Source of the DNA: Patescibacteria group bacterium
Lineage (GTDB): Bacteria > Patescibacteriota > Saccharimonadia > Saccharimonadales > 2-12-FULL-41-12
Assembly (NCBI GenBank): GCA_038064875.1
Contig: JBBTSC010000001.1
Location: forward strand, 507,004-571,003
Direction: 5' to 3'
DNA: 64,000 nt
Notes under the pieces: model-generated
Seen by the model: only the letters and a program-made list of their open reading frames with translations
What the model was told of the DNA's origin: nothing
Database searches by the model: none
Shown: positions 52,889 through 61,959 of the stretch, piece after piece
Position numbering within the stretch: position 1 is the first letter of the stretch
Layout of the letters: each line of letters begins with the position of its first letter
Position numbers and translations under genes: made by a program

Positions 52889-53050
52889 TTAGGCTGGATG
52901 CACGCCAAGGTCGGTCAGGTCAAATCCATAATCATCAAGTTTACTAAGGACATAGTCACTATCACCCACTTTATATTCATGAGCTAGAGCCTGTAAAAAC
53001 GCCTCAACTCTCTCGAATAATTCACCATAAAGTTCATAGACTGCTACCAT
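52889..53050 (-). CDS. Unlisted 53 aa ORF with strong ribosome-binding site
   Basis: Own translation: MVAVYELYGELFERVEAFLQALAHEYKVGDSDYVLSKLDDYGFDLTDLGVHPA. AAAGGAGGG lies 8 nt upstream of the ATG. It is below the 60 aa track cutoff. Confidence 0.55.
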   Translation of the reverse strand: MVAVYELYGELFERVEAFLQALAHEYKVGDSDYVLSKLDDYGFDLTDLGVHPA

Positions 53051-53144
53051 AACTATTGCCCTCCTTTAGCACTTGTTACTATAGCTAAAATTGGGCCTAG
53101 AATCTGTTAGCGTTATTACAAAGAATTAGTGAATTAACTAACTG

Positions 53145-54128
53145 TCATTGTTTCGTTGAGTGGTTGCCTAGGGATTCTTCGATAATACTCAGTAGTTCAT
53201 CCGTCGTCTGGCAACCCATGAGTTTTTCCCGAAGTTCTTTCGCGCCGTCAAATCCATTGATATAGATCTTGCAAAACTTATTAAGCGGAGCGGTTGTTTT
53301 GTACTTTCCTGCCCAAGTATCTTCAAATAATTCTATATGCTGTTTGTAGAGGTTTATTCTAAACTCTGCGTCTTTATCTTCCCAGACACTTTGTTTAGAG
53401 AAAAGATAAGGATCGTGAAAGATCCCACGCCCGATCATCACGCCATCTATTTTATATGTGTTGGTCAGCTCCTTAGCGTGAGCCAAACTATTTACGTCAC
53501 CATTACCAACCAATATAGTGGTCGGAGCGATTTTATCTCGTAACTTCTTGATGTCATTCATCAAGTCCCAATGGGCGGGAACTTTGGACTGCTCTTTTAC
53601 TGTCCTCAGGTGAACTGTCAGCATTTCTAGATTTTGCTCCAACAAGAATTCTATCCAGGACAAATCAATTGTGTTCCAGCCAATCCTTGTCTTAACGCTT
53701 AGTGGCAATGACTCGCCTGATGCATCTATACCCTTACGCGTAGCTTCAATAATAGCTTTGGCGTCTTCTCTGTGATTTATAAGTGCACTACAGCATCCAT
53801 TTTTAACTACGGCTTTGACCGGGCAACCCATATTAATATCAATTCCGTCAAAACCTAAACCCGCTAACTCTTTGGCTGTTTGATAATAGTTGTCAGGGTT
53901 CTTGCCCCAAAGTTGGGCAAATATAGGCGATTCATTGTCTGTTTTTTTAATTTTCTTTGCTACTTTGTCTTTGCCCGGTGAACAATAGCCATCAACGTTC
54001 ATGAACTCTGTAAAATACAGGTCTGGTGGCGCCAGAGAACCCACTATCCTCCGAAAAACCGTGTCTGTTACATCATCCATCGGTGCCAGGATAAAGAATG
54101 GTTTTGGTAGCTTGCCTAATATATTCAT
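53145..54128 (-). CDS. dus: tRNA-dihydrouridine synthase
   Basis: 327 aa ORF with LAPMDDVTDTVFR and the GFDGIDINMGCP TIM-barrel motifs. Confidence 0.9.
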   Translation of the reverse strand: MNILGKLPKPFFILAPMDDVTDTVFRRIVGSLAPPDLYFTEFMNVDGYCSPGKDKVAKKIKKTDNESPIFAQLWGKNPDNYYQTAKELAGLGFDGIDINMGCPVKAVVKNGCCSALINHREDAKAIIEATRKGIDASGESLPLSVKTRIGWNTIDLSWIEFLLEQNLEMLTVHLRTVKEQSKVPAHWDLMNDIKKLRDKIAPTTILVGNGDVNSLAHAKELTNTYKIDGVMIGRGIFHDPYLFSKQSVWEDKDAEFRINLYKQHIELFEDTWAGKYKTTAPLNKFCKIYINGFDGAKELREKLMGCQTTDELLSIIEESLGNHSTKQ

Positions 54129-54142
54129 AATTCTTTTAGTTT

Positions 54143-54170
54143 AAAAAGCTCGCTAGATTTCCTAGCGAGC
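54143..54170 (-). terminator. Rho-independent terminator after ORF 54196-54393
   Basis: The minus strand reads GCTCGCTAG-gaaat-CTAGCGAGC (a perfect 9 bp stem) followed by TTTTTAAA. Confidence 0.75.
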
Positions 54171-54195
54171 CCCTTAAGTATTTTGTTCTATCTAT

Positions 54196-54393
54196 TTATT
54201 TGAAGCTAACTGTCAAAAATCCGTTTCGTGGATTTTCGTTTACTTTTCCACCACTTGGTAGTTCAGTAGCTGTGTCTTTTCGCTCGTCTTTACTAAAGTA
54301 GTAAATTCGTTGCTTCTTGCCACCACGAAGTACAACTTCCTTGGTGTTTAGGTAATAAGTAATACCTTTTGAGTTTTTGTGACTGTAAGCCAT
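54196..54393 (-). CDS. Hypothetical small basic protein
   Basis: 65 aa ORF with an AGGGGAG SD and its own terminator. Confidence 0.6.
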   Translation of the reverse strand: MAYSHKNSKGITYYLNTKEVVLRGGKKQRIYYFSKDERKDTATELPSGGKVNENPRNGFLTVSFK

Positions 54394-54506
54394 TATTGTT
54401 GCTCCCCTCTTATTGCTTAATAATGTATAACTACATTAACTCTAATCACTAACACTTGTCAACTTCTTATTGTAATTTTTGCGTCACCTACAGTCAGATG
54501 AAGGTC

Positions 54507-54535
54507 TTGATATCACAATCCTTATGCTTTAGAAT
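54507..54535 (+). promoter_or_regulatory. Promoter TTGATA-17-TAGAAT
   Basis: -35 at 54507-54512 and -10 at 54530-54535, followed by a leader with the GAGGTGG SD before the ATG at 54578. Confidence 0.6.
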
Positions 54536-54577
54536 AAGACCCATACACTAATTAAAGTAATTAACTAGAGGTGGTAG

Positions 54578-55243
54578 ATGGATTTTACAAATCAGCCAAA
54601 CAAGCAAGCGCCCCAGAGACCAAGTACTCTAGGGACAAATCCGGATTATAGCTCGGAACCAGAACAATCTAACAAGAAAGGTAACCAAAAAGTGAAGAGA
54701 CACATAGACAAGATAACAGCCGCAAAGATTCCATTCTTACTGCTAACTTTTGGTATCGTAGTACTAATCGTTGCACTTGTATTTAAGATTTCTATCTTCT
54801 CAGATAATTCAGAGGCAAAAGCAGTTAACAAATCTGCTTACCAAGCCGTGTTCTTAAACAACAACCAAGTTTACTTTGGCAAATTGACTGATGTCAACAA
54901 GGGCTCTGTAACTCTAACTGACATCTACTACATCCAGCTTGATGGCAAACAACAAGACACATCACAAGCTCAAAGTAGCTCAAACAACATCACTCTTGTA
55001 AAACTAGGTTGTGAGATTCATGGACCACAAGACAAGATGGTTGTTAACAAATCTCAAGTTCTCTTCTGGGAGAATTTGAAGGACGATGGTCAGGTTGTAA
55101 AGACTATCAAGGCTAACCAAGCTAAAGGTGCTCAGAACTGTGATACACAGCAATCAAATTCTGACACTCAGAAGAGCGCTAACCCTACTACGCCTACAAC
55201 TACCACACCAAGCACAACAACTCCAACGACTACATCTCCGTAG
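54578..55243 (+). CDS. Hypothetical membrane-anchored protein with Thr/Pro-rich tail
   Basis: 221 aa ORF with a single TM (IPFLLLTFGIVVLIVALVF) and the C-terminal PTTPTTTTPSTTTPTTTSP. Confidence 0.6.
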   Translation: MDFTNQPNKQAPQRPSTLGTNPDYSSEPEQSNKKGNQKVKRHIDKITAAKIPFLLLTFGIVVLIVALVFKISIFSDNSEAKAVNKSAYQAVFLNNNQVYFGKLTDVNKGSVTLTDIYYIQLDGKQQDTSQAQSSSNNITLVKLGCEIHGPQDKMVVNKSQVLFWENLKDDGQVVKTIKANQAKGAQNCDTQQSNSDTQKSANPTTPTTTTPSTTTPTTTSP

Positions 55244-55270
55244 TCTGGACCAATCGGAGCAGATTAAATT

Positions 55271-55305
55271 GAGGGGCTACTACAGCCCCTCTGTTAATTT
55301 CTTTA
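55271..55305 (+). terminator. Terminator hairpin
   Basis: GAGGGGCT-actac-AGCCCCTC followed by TGTTAATTTCTTT. The right arm lies in the last codons of the convergent femX-like gene. Confidence 0.5.
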
Positions 55306-56233
55306 CTGCTTTATAAAGCTTGTAGGACACTCCTAGTGGCATATCCCATGTACCGCCGAAGTCTTTGTCGTCTCCGCCAAAAGACCGCTTAAAACTACTG
55401 ACACTGGCCCACTTGTGGCTCTTTTCTTCTAATGGCGATACTCCGTAGAAATCAAAATAGTCTAAACCGAGAGCTTTTGCATCTTTGATCATATACCAGG
55501 CCAAACCCCGCGAAGCTGGGATTTTTCTAATTACTTCTTGATTTGCTCCAGCATGTATATAGTACCTCGTCCCGTTCCAGTCGACACCAACGACTCCAGC
55601 GATAACGTTCCCTTCATATTTAGCCCAGTAGATCTTCGCAACCTTTGCTTCTAATAAAAATTTGAGCTGTTTCTCCAGATAAGTTCTTGATTTTGCGCTG
55701 TAATTCTTATACTGTGCTGTCCCGAGCATCAAATCCAAAAACATATCTATCATCTTATGATCATCCGATATGCCGTATTCTATTTCTAGTTTTTCAGAAC
55801 GATTTACTAAGTTGCGGTCAGTCTTACTCATACGACTTTTCACAGTGGCCAGTTCGTCGGCAAGATTTATTATGTGCGTATATCTTGGTTGAACTTCTCC
55901 GAAGTAAACACAGTCATTTCTCCTCATCAACTCCTCACCGTAGCCTCCAGCCAGATCAAATCGAGCAAACATGCAACCGGATTCTTTGGCTTTTGCCTTT
56001 ATGGACTTAAGCGCGTTTGCCAAGCCTCTCTCATCCCGAACCGTGGGCCCATATGGAACATACAGATACGTAATCCCCAAACGTCCATTAACTTTATACC
56101 CTCCCCAGAGATATTCATCAGTTTTTTCAAAAAAAAGTTGTTGATCTAAGCTTTCTTGGAATTTCAGCCAAGCTTGAGATTGCAAAAAATGCCCATCAAG
56201 ACCTTTAAGTCTCTCATCCCAATCTTCACCCAT
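55280..56233 (-). CDS. FemAB-family peptidoglycan bridge-forming aminoacyltransferase
   Basis: HFLQSQAWLKFQ and overall FemX-like features. I prefer ATG 56233, which overlaps the upstream stop (TAATG), over the track start at 56293. Confidence 0.7.
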   Translation of the reverse strand: MGEDWDERLKGLDGHFLQSQAWLKFQESLDQQLFFEKTDEYLWGGYKVNGRLGITYLYVPYGPTVRDERGLANALKSIKAKAKESGCMFARFDLAGGYGEELMRRNDCVYFGEVQPRYTHIINLADELATVKSRMSKTDRNLVNRSEKLEIEYGISDDHKMIDMFLDLMLGTAQYKNYSAKSRTYLEKQLKFLLEAKVAKIYWAKYEGNVIAGVVGVDWNGTRYYIHAGANQEVIRKIPASRGLAWYMIKDAKALGLDYFDFYGVSPLEEKSHKWASVSSFKRSFGGDDKDFGGTWDMPLGVSYKLYKAVKKLTEGL

Positions 56234-56850
56234 TAGAATTTGTCTTCCATCCGGCGTACTAACAATCTGTCTATGATTATTCGCAAAATCCAAAGAACAT
56301 AGGCGGACACAGCTAGGACTAAACTTATCCCAGCGAGGTCAGGTGACCATTTAGGGCTGATGAAATCGAATTTGTAAAATTCTGTCGGAATATCTCTAGG
56401 TTTGGTCGCATTAGCAGAAACATACTCTTGAATACAGGTAACTTTTGCCTGGTTAAATCCTGCTGAAGGGAACTGTGCGTTACAGACATTCGTCGCTGTA
56501 ACATTAACTTGGTTGTTTGTTTGTTTAACTCTCTCTGTCTCCTCAGCAAGTAGCTTTTCGTATTGGGTCTTCAGCTGTATTGGAGGCTTTATAGTAGAAC
56601 CACTACTCAGATCAGTATTCATATGAGCGTAGACGAATTCTCGCAAATTACGAAGTGCTCCCTCGATATCGCCATTGTTTTGATCTGCAACCTCAACTTG
56701 CTTGCGAAGCTCTAACATCTTCAGGTTATTTTGACGCAAACTATAACCACTGATAAGTGTCATTACAACGGCGAAAATCAAAATAAACTCTGGTCTGATA
56801 ATTTTCAGTCTCTTGTGCCACCTATAAAAACTTTTTATTTTCTTTGTCAT
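56233..56850 (-). CDS. Hypothetical bitopic membrane protein
   Basis: 205 aa ORF with N- and C-terminal TM segments. TGaTATAAT (56866-56858) lies 7 nt upstream of the ATG. Confidence 0.55.
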   Translation of the reverse strand: MTKKIKSFYRWHKRLKIIRPEFILIFAVVMTLISGYSLRQNNLKMLELRKQVEVADQNNGDIEGALRNLREFVYAHMNTDLSSGSTIKPPIQLKTQYEKLLAEETERVKQTNNQVNVTATNVCNAQFPSAGFNQAKVTCIQEYVSANATKPRDIPTEFYKFDFISPKWSPDLAGISLVLAVSAYVLWILRIIIDRLLVRRMEDKF

Positions 56851-56857
56851 AAGCGTA

Positions 56858-56866
56858 ATTATATCA
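56858..56866 (-). promoter_or_regulatory. Extended -10 TGaTATAAT (leaderless-type)
   Basis: Complement of 56866-56858. The ATG is at 56850. Confidence 0.6.
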
Positions 56867-56876
56867 CTACGATAAG

Positions 56877-56885
56877 TGTTAAAAT
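56877..56885 (+). promoter_or_regulatory. Extended -10 TGtTAAAAT (leaderless-type) for murC
   Basis: Located at 56877-56885. The ATG at 56892 begins 7 nt after the hexamer. Confidence 0.55.
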
Positions 56886-56891
56886 ATAGTC

Positions 56892-58169
56892 ATGCATATA
56901 TTTTTCAGTGGAATTGGCGGAACAGGCATTGGGCCACTAGCTTTAATCGCCCACCAGGCAGGATACACCGTTTCTGGATCTGACAAACAGAATTCTGCAT
57001 ATATAGATTATCTGCGGAATCAAGGACTGGAAAATATTCACATAGGGCAATCAGCTGAGGATATAGAGAAAGTACATCGGGCCCAGCCTATAGATTGGCT
57101 GGTGCACTCATCAGCCGTTAGCATTGAGAACCCAAATCACCCTGAGCTTATTTTTGCTCAAAAGAATAATATCAAGACCACCAAGCGTGACGAGTTAACC
57201 AACCATATTCTCAAAGAAAAACATTTAAAACTCATAGCGATTGCCGGGACTCACGGCAAAACCACCACGACAGCGATGGTTATCTGGCTTTTTAAAGAAC
57301 TAAATATCTCAATAAGCTACTCAGTGGGGGCAAAGATATCCTTCGGTGATATGGGGCATTTTGACCCTGCAAGCGAATACTTTGTCTATGAATGTGACGA
57401 GTACGACCGAAACTTTTTGGCTTTCAAGCCACACCTCAGTCTAATAACCGGTATCGCCCACGACCATCATGATATTTACCCAACTGAAGCGGACTACAAT
57501 AATGCCTTTAGAGATTTCTTAGATCAAAGCGAACAAAAAATACTCTGGGGCGCTGACCAGAACAAGCTATCTCTGCCAGATTCAGATAAATTGCACTCTC
57601 TAGGGAGCATTTTAGATGGAATAACCTTGGCAGGCGAAGTAAATAGACTAGATGCTAGTCTAGCAATTCAAGCTGTTGGTGATCTCACCAAAGTACCAAC
57701 AGCGGATCTAGTAAAAATCATCAACCGATTTCCAGGAGTCTCTAGAAGATTCGAAAAAATTGCTGACAACATCTACAGCGACTATGCCCACACTCCAGAG
57801 AAAATTGCTGGGTGCCTAGAAATGGCTAAAGAACTTTCAAATAAAGTAGTGGTGGTCTACGAACCGCTGACCAACAAAAGACAATATAGTATTAGAAATA
57901 CTTACACTGATCTATTTAAGAATGTTAAGAAATTATATTGGGTGCCTAGCTATTTAACTCGTGAAGATCCTGATCAACATGTGCTAACTCCGACTGAATT
58001 GATAGAAAACATGGGCAATAAAGAAATTGCCGAACCTGCAGAATTGAACCCTCAACTACTAGAAAGCATAAAAAAACACCAGTCGGATGGTGATTTAGTT
58101 ATCTGTATTTCTGGTGGTGGCGGAGGAAGCCTCGACGAATGGCTCCGGCAACAATTTATAGCTACTTAA
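56892..58169 (+). CDS. murC: UDP-N-acetylmuramate--L-alanine ligase (MurC-like Mur ligase)
   Basis: N-terminal Rossmann motif IFFSGIGGTGIGPLALIAHQAGYTVSGSD and the ATP-binding loop AGTHGKTTTTAM. Confidence 0.8.
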   Translation: MHIFFSGIGGTGIGPLALIAHQAGYTVSGSDKQNSAYIDYLRNQGLENIHIGQSAEDIEKVHRAQPIDWLVHSSAVSIENPNHPELIFAQKNNIKTTKRDELTNHILKEKHLKLIAIAGTHGKTTTTAMVIWLFKELNISISYSVGAKISFGDMGHFDPASEYFVYECDEYDRNFLAFKPHLSLITGIAHDHHDIYPTEADYNNAFRDFLDQSEQKILWGADQNKLSLPDSDKLHSLGSILDGITLAGEVNRLDASLAIQAVGDLTKVPTADLVKIINRFPGVSRRFEKIADNIYSDYAHTPEKIAGCLEMAKELSNKVVVVYEPLTNKRQYSIRNTYTDLFKNVKKLYWVPSYLTREDPDQHVLTPTELIENMGNKEIAEPAELNPQLLESIKKHQSDGDLVICISGGGGGSLDEWLRQQFIAT

Positions 58170-58186
58170 CAAGTTAAGGACTATCT

Positions 58187-58531
58187 TTAACGGTTATCAC
58201 CGGAGCCTTTGGTTTGGTTTCTTTTTTTGCGACTGTGAACTTTTTCTAAGTTTTTATCTGCAATATCATCTAGTGACAGGCCTAAATAGCAAGCCATGGC
58301 ATTGACATACCAGAGCACATCACCAAGCTCTTTCGCTATTTCGTCAATATCCTCAGGTGTTATCTTTCCGTTTTTGTCACGAAGAATTTTCTTAAACTTT
58401 TCAGCAACCTCTCCGGACTCTCCTACCAGGCCGAGAAGTTTGCTCATAAATGCATGGGAATCTATCGCCACAGTTTTGCCGTCAAAAGAATCAGTTGCTA
58501 TTGCTTGTTTTTGATATTCGTCAAAGGTCAA
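58187..58531 (-). CDS. MazG-like nucleotide pyrophosphohydrolase
   Basis: 114 aa ORF with LVGESGEVAEKFKK and ELGDVLWYV motifs. TTG start preceded by GGAG. Confidence 0.75.
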   Translation of the reverse strand: MTFDEYQKQAIATDSFDGKTVAIDSHAFMSKLLGLVGESGEVAEKFKKILRDKNGKITPEDIDEIAKELGDVLWYVNAMACYLGLSLDDIADKNLEKVHSRKKRNQTKGSGDNR

Positions 58532-58582
58532 AGATGCTCCAAATCGCTTACGTTTATAGATTTACTACGATATAATCATTAT

Positions 58583-59455
58583 ATGGTTGAGGAGATGTTT
58601 ACGCAAATCAGCAATTACTATGATCTGGCGTATTTAAACACGAAGAACTGGCTTCATATTCATGGTCCGGATATTATCATAATCCTCATTGTTTCTTGGT
58701 TGACCCATCTATTTGCTAGCAAATTTGTTTCAAGCTTACTGCACCATACTGTACGAGCAGATCTCTACCCTTCACGCGTAGATAGAGAAAGACGCCTTAA
58801 GACTATCGAGGGACTGGTAGGCGTGGTGCTACGAATTGTGGTCTACGGAGTAGCTTTTGTTCTGATCATAGGTGAATTTGGCATCAATACTGGACCTTTG
58901 ATTGCCAGTGCAGGTGTTCTGGGCATCGCCCTTGGTTTTGGGGCACAGAGCTTGATCAAAGATTTTACCAGTGGCATCTTTATTATTATCGATAACCAAT
59001 ATCGAGTCGGAGACTTTGTCACTATTGATAAAGTATCTGGCACTGTCGAAGCAGTAACTATTAGAACAACTATCTTGCGAGACCTTGATGGTAGCCGTCA
59101 TCATATTGCCAACGGATCAATACTCGTAGCCACCAACCAGACGGTTGACTTCGGCGGTATAAGCGAGGATATCCTGATAGGCAAAACCTCGAACATTGAT
59201 AAGGTAAGAGACGCTGTTAACAAAGTTGGTCAGGAGATGCTACAAGACAAAGTTATTGGACCAAAAATCAAAGAAGCACCATATTTTGATCGGGTGCTAA
59301 AATTTGATAAGAACGGAATTTTTATACGTGTCCTTGGTACAACCGGCGCAAATGACCAGATAGAAGTTGTTGGCAATCTCTATGAGAGATTGCTCACCGA
59401 ATTTAGGCATCTGAAGATAGAACTCCCTGATACTAAGATCTCTGTTGCTAAATAA
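58583..59455 (+). CDS. mscS: Small-conductance mechanosensitive channel (MscS family)
   Basis: GIALGFGAQSLIKDFTSGIFIIIDNQYRVGDFV. I prefer ATG 58583, 6 nt after the TATAAT at 58571-58576. The track start at 58454 overlaps the mazG-like gene. Confidence 0.85.
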   Translation: MVEEMFTQISNYYDLAYLNTKNWLHIHGPDIIIILIVSWLTHLFASKFVSSLLHHTVRADLYPSRVDRERRLKTIEGLVGVVLRIVVYGVAFVLIIGEFGINTGPLIASAGVLGIALGFGAQSLIKDFTSGIFIIIDNQYRVGDFVTIDKVSGTVEAVTIRTTILRDLDGSRHHIANGSILVATNQTVDFGGISEDILIGKTSNIDKVRDAVNKVGQEMLQDKVIGPKIKEAPYFDRVLKFDKNGIFIRVLGTTGANDQIEVVGNLYERLLTEFRHLKIELPDTKISVAK

Positions 59456-59746
59456 TTATTGTTGCTGAAGCTGTATATAGATTGCCAGCCCAACAAGCAA
59501 CGCGCAGATAAAACAAGCTATGAGGATTACGCCAATATTTGACGAGGGCTTGTTATTTGGAACTTTTTTGGGCTGATCTGGTTTTTTGTCTTTTGAATCT
59601 TTGGGTTTTTGATCAGTCGTACCCGGCTTCTTTACATCCATAACAGGTTGTTGAGCGAGTTGAGGAGCGGGCTGGACTGAAGGTTGAGCTTTAGGAACAT
59701 CGTTAACTGGTGGCTTCGCTATCGTTGGCTTGATGTCTTCCTGCAT
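59456..59746 (-). CDS. Hypothetical Pro/Lys-rich C-tail-anchored protein
   Basis: 96 aa ORF with a C-terminal TM (IGVILIACFICALLVGLAIYI). TGgTAGAAT (59761-59753) lies 6 nt upstream of the ATG. Confidence 0.5.
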   Translation of the reverse strand: MQEDIKPTIAKPPVNDVPKAQPSVQPAPQLAQQPVMDVKKPGTTDQKPKDSKDKKPDQPKKVPNNKPSSNIGVILIACFICALLVGLAIYIQLQQQ

Positions 59747-59802
59747 AGAATCATTCTACCATAAGCATTTGGTTCTAGAATTTAGGGATTTGTCCTACCC
59801 AA

Positions 59803-61905
59803 TCAGTAGTAATACCAACGATCAATCCCAGCAGTATTCGTAACATTAGCAATCTTCTTTTTCTCTCCACCGTCTTTGCTAATGGCATAGTCTGCAATCT
59901 CATTGTTGTTAACGATCCTGAATACAACCGTGTCCTTGCTCAACCAATAAATAGGGTTAGCGAGACCGGGCTGTACTTCAAGTTGTTTGTCCTTTTTTGT
60001 GCCCTTATCATAAAGTATCAACACACCTTTACCATCTCGTTGATCTACTAAGACACTTTGATTCTCCGTGTTGTCTACTATTACTTTACTGTCGTTGCTG
60101 GCTGGTGGACCTGCCAATTTGGTTAATTTTGAGTTATCAAGACCATAATCATACCACTGCTGACCTACAGAGATAGACAGGTTATCATAAGTTTGTCTCA
60201 GAATATTCCAAGCTTCTTGATTGATAATAGTCTGTTTATTTGTGCCGTCAGGATTGACCCTGAAAAGTCCGATCGATCCTGCAAGCTTAAAGGATGTCGG
60301 CGCATAGTATATGCTCCCAGATGCTGAGAGAACATCGTTGAAATAGTTAGCACTGGCAAGTTCTTTTTCTTCGCCGGACTGCGCATTGTAAGAAATTAGT
60401 TTATGGCGGGCGGGATTCTCTGCAGATGTACCCTCTGTGGCTTTTACATAGACAAGCCTCGGCCCGAACCAGCCAATAATTTGAATCCTCTCTGACCGTG
60501 TTATAACTTTATTCTTATTCTCATTTGCATCGATTATGTAGAGGCTACTCAGGAGAAATCCATCCTTGTTGCGGTTGTTGTCTCGAGTGGTTACAAAAGC
60601 TATATTGCTGGATTCAAGTGCTGGCGATATCATAAGACCCTCTGGCTTTTCATATCCTGTGCCGGCTAATATTTTTTGTTCGTCCTTGCCGTCAACATAA
60701 ATAGAATAAAGATCGTATTTACCGCTTCTCTTTGAGACGAAGGCGTGCTTATGGTCAGGCACCATAGCGATGTCTCGTGCTTGTTTGTCGTTCCTATCTA
60801 GGGTTAGCTTTTCTTCTCTGAATTTGCTCGCGCGGATTTTAACATATATTTCTGATTGTTTTGTGTCTTCAACAACCAAGCTCGCTTCGCCCTTTTCATT
60901 TGCTACTGCTGTAGCTTCACCATCTTCCGTCTCAACTTCAACTTCTTTTATTGGTTGGCCTGACAAGTAATGTTTGATATTGAAATTATAGTGACTTCCT
61001 ACAGGATTCAGTTTGAGCTCTCCCAAAGGGTTCGAACCCCAACCAATAACAAGTGTCTTTTTTATATCAGCAAAAGCTGGTTTTTTGACGGTCATTTCTT
61101 GCGATCCAAGCTTTATGTTCTTAAGGTTTGCCTTACCTTCTTTGTCAGTCTTTACATTAATTTTACCTATAGTTACTTCGACGTTTTTAAGTGGTTGCAA
61201 AGTCTTCTCATCAACGACCTTGACTGAACTTGAGCTTCGAACACCTACTGTATTGAGTAAAAAGTACCTAGAAGCAGGAACCGCTAGACTGAAAAGCACA
61301 CATAGAAAAATCACGCCTATTAGAATTTTTCTTCTTTTTGGATTTGTGAAAATACTTAAACAGGCTTTCTTAAATTTGGATAATTTTGAATCTTTGACTG
61401 GTTGATTGAGGGCTTCTCTTTGAGCATCTTCAACGTTCATGATATTGTCAGACTCTTGGGCAACAATGTCATCTATAGCATCACTCTCTGATATGACCTC
61501 ACTGGACTCAGTTGTTGTGGGGTCTATTGGTTCGCTTATCTCAACTGGTTCGTTCTTATCTGTTTGCTCAATCTTAGCCTGCAAATCTTCGATAGTCTCA
61601 TCTAAATTTGGCTCTTCTTCCTCTGGTGTTTGCTCTTTTTCGTCCTCAATAACTTCAAGTTCAGGTTCAGGTGACTCTTCCTCTGCCTTTGCTTCCTGTT
61701 CTGGTGGCAATTCTTCTTTTGCAATCTTCGCGGGCTTTTTGGTAGGTTCATCGTCTAGCAGAGGGGCCGTTGATGGTGTTTGTTCTTTGGGAGATTCTGG
61801 GACAATTTCTTCCTCAACACTCATCATTGCGTCTACTTTGTTCTCAATTGCCTTATCGGCGTAAACTTCTGTCTCTTCTAATTTGTTCTTTTTCTTTTTT
61901 GCCAT
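59803..61905 (-). CDS. Hypothetical membrane-anchored protein: acidic disordered N-terminus, TM, Ig-like (carboxypeptidase-regulatory-like) modules, beta-propeller-like C-terminus
   Basis: 700 aa ORF with an E/P/K-rich first 190 aa, then the TM ILIGVIFLCVLFSLAV. The domain guesses rest on motif resemblance only. Confidence 0.6.
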   Translation of the reverse strand: MAKKKKNKLEETEVYADKAIENKVDAMMSVEEEIVPESPKEQTPSTAPLLDDEPTKKPAKIAKEELPPEQEAKAEEESPEPELEVIEDEKEQTPEEEEPNLDETIEDLQAKIEQTDKNEPVEISEPIDPTTTESSEVISESDAIDDIVAQESDNIMNVEDAQREALNQPVKDSKLSKFKKACLSIFTNPKRRKILIGVIFLCVLFSLAVPASRYFLLNTVGVRSSSSVKVVDEKTLQPLKNVEVTIGKINVKTDKEGKANLKNIKLGSQEMTVKKPAFADIKKTLVIGWGSNPLGELKLNPVGSHYNFNIKHYLSGQPIKEVEVETEDGEATAVANEKGEASLVVEDTKQSEIYVKIRASKFREEKLTLDRNDKQARDIAMVPDHKHAFVSKRSGKYDLYSIYVDGKDEQKILAGTGYEKPEGLMISPALESSNIAFVTTRDNNRNKDGFLLSSLYIIDANENKNKVITRSERIQIIGWFGPRLVYVKATEGTSAENPARHKLISYNAQSGEEKELASANYFNDVLSASGSIYYAPTSFKLAGSIGLFRVNPDGTNKQTIINQEAWNILRQTYDNLSISVGQQWYDYGLDNSKLTKLAGPPASNDSKVIVDNTENQSVLVDQRDGKGVLILYDKGTKKDKQLEVQPGLANPIYWLSKDTVVFRIVNNNEIADYAISKDGGEKKKIANVTNTAGIDRWYYY

Positions 61906-61959
61906 GGCTTTGTCCGTGAATAAAGCATAACAAATTTGACGCTATTTATCTAGAGCCTG

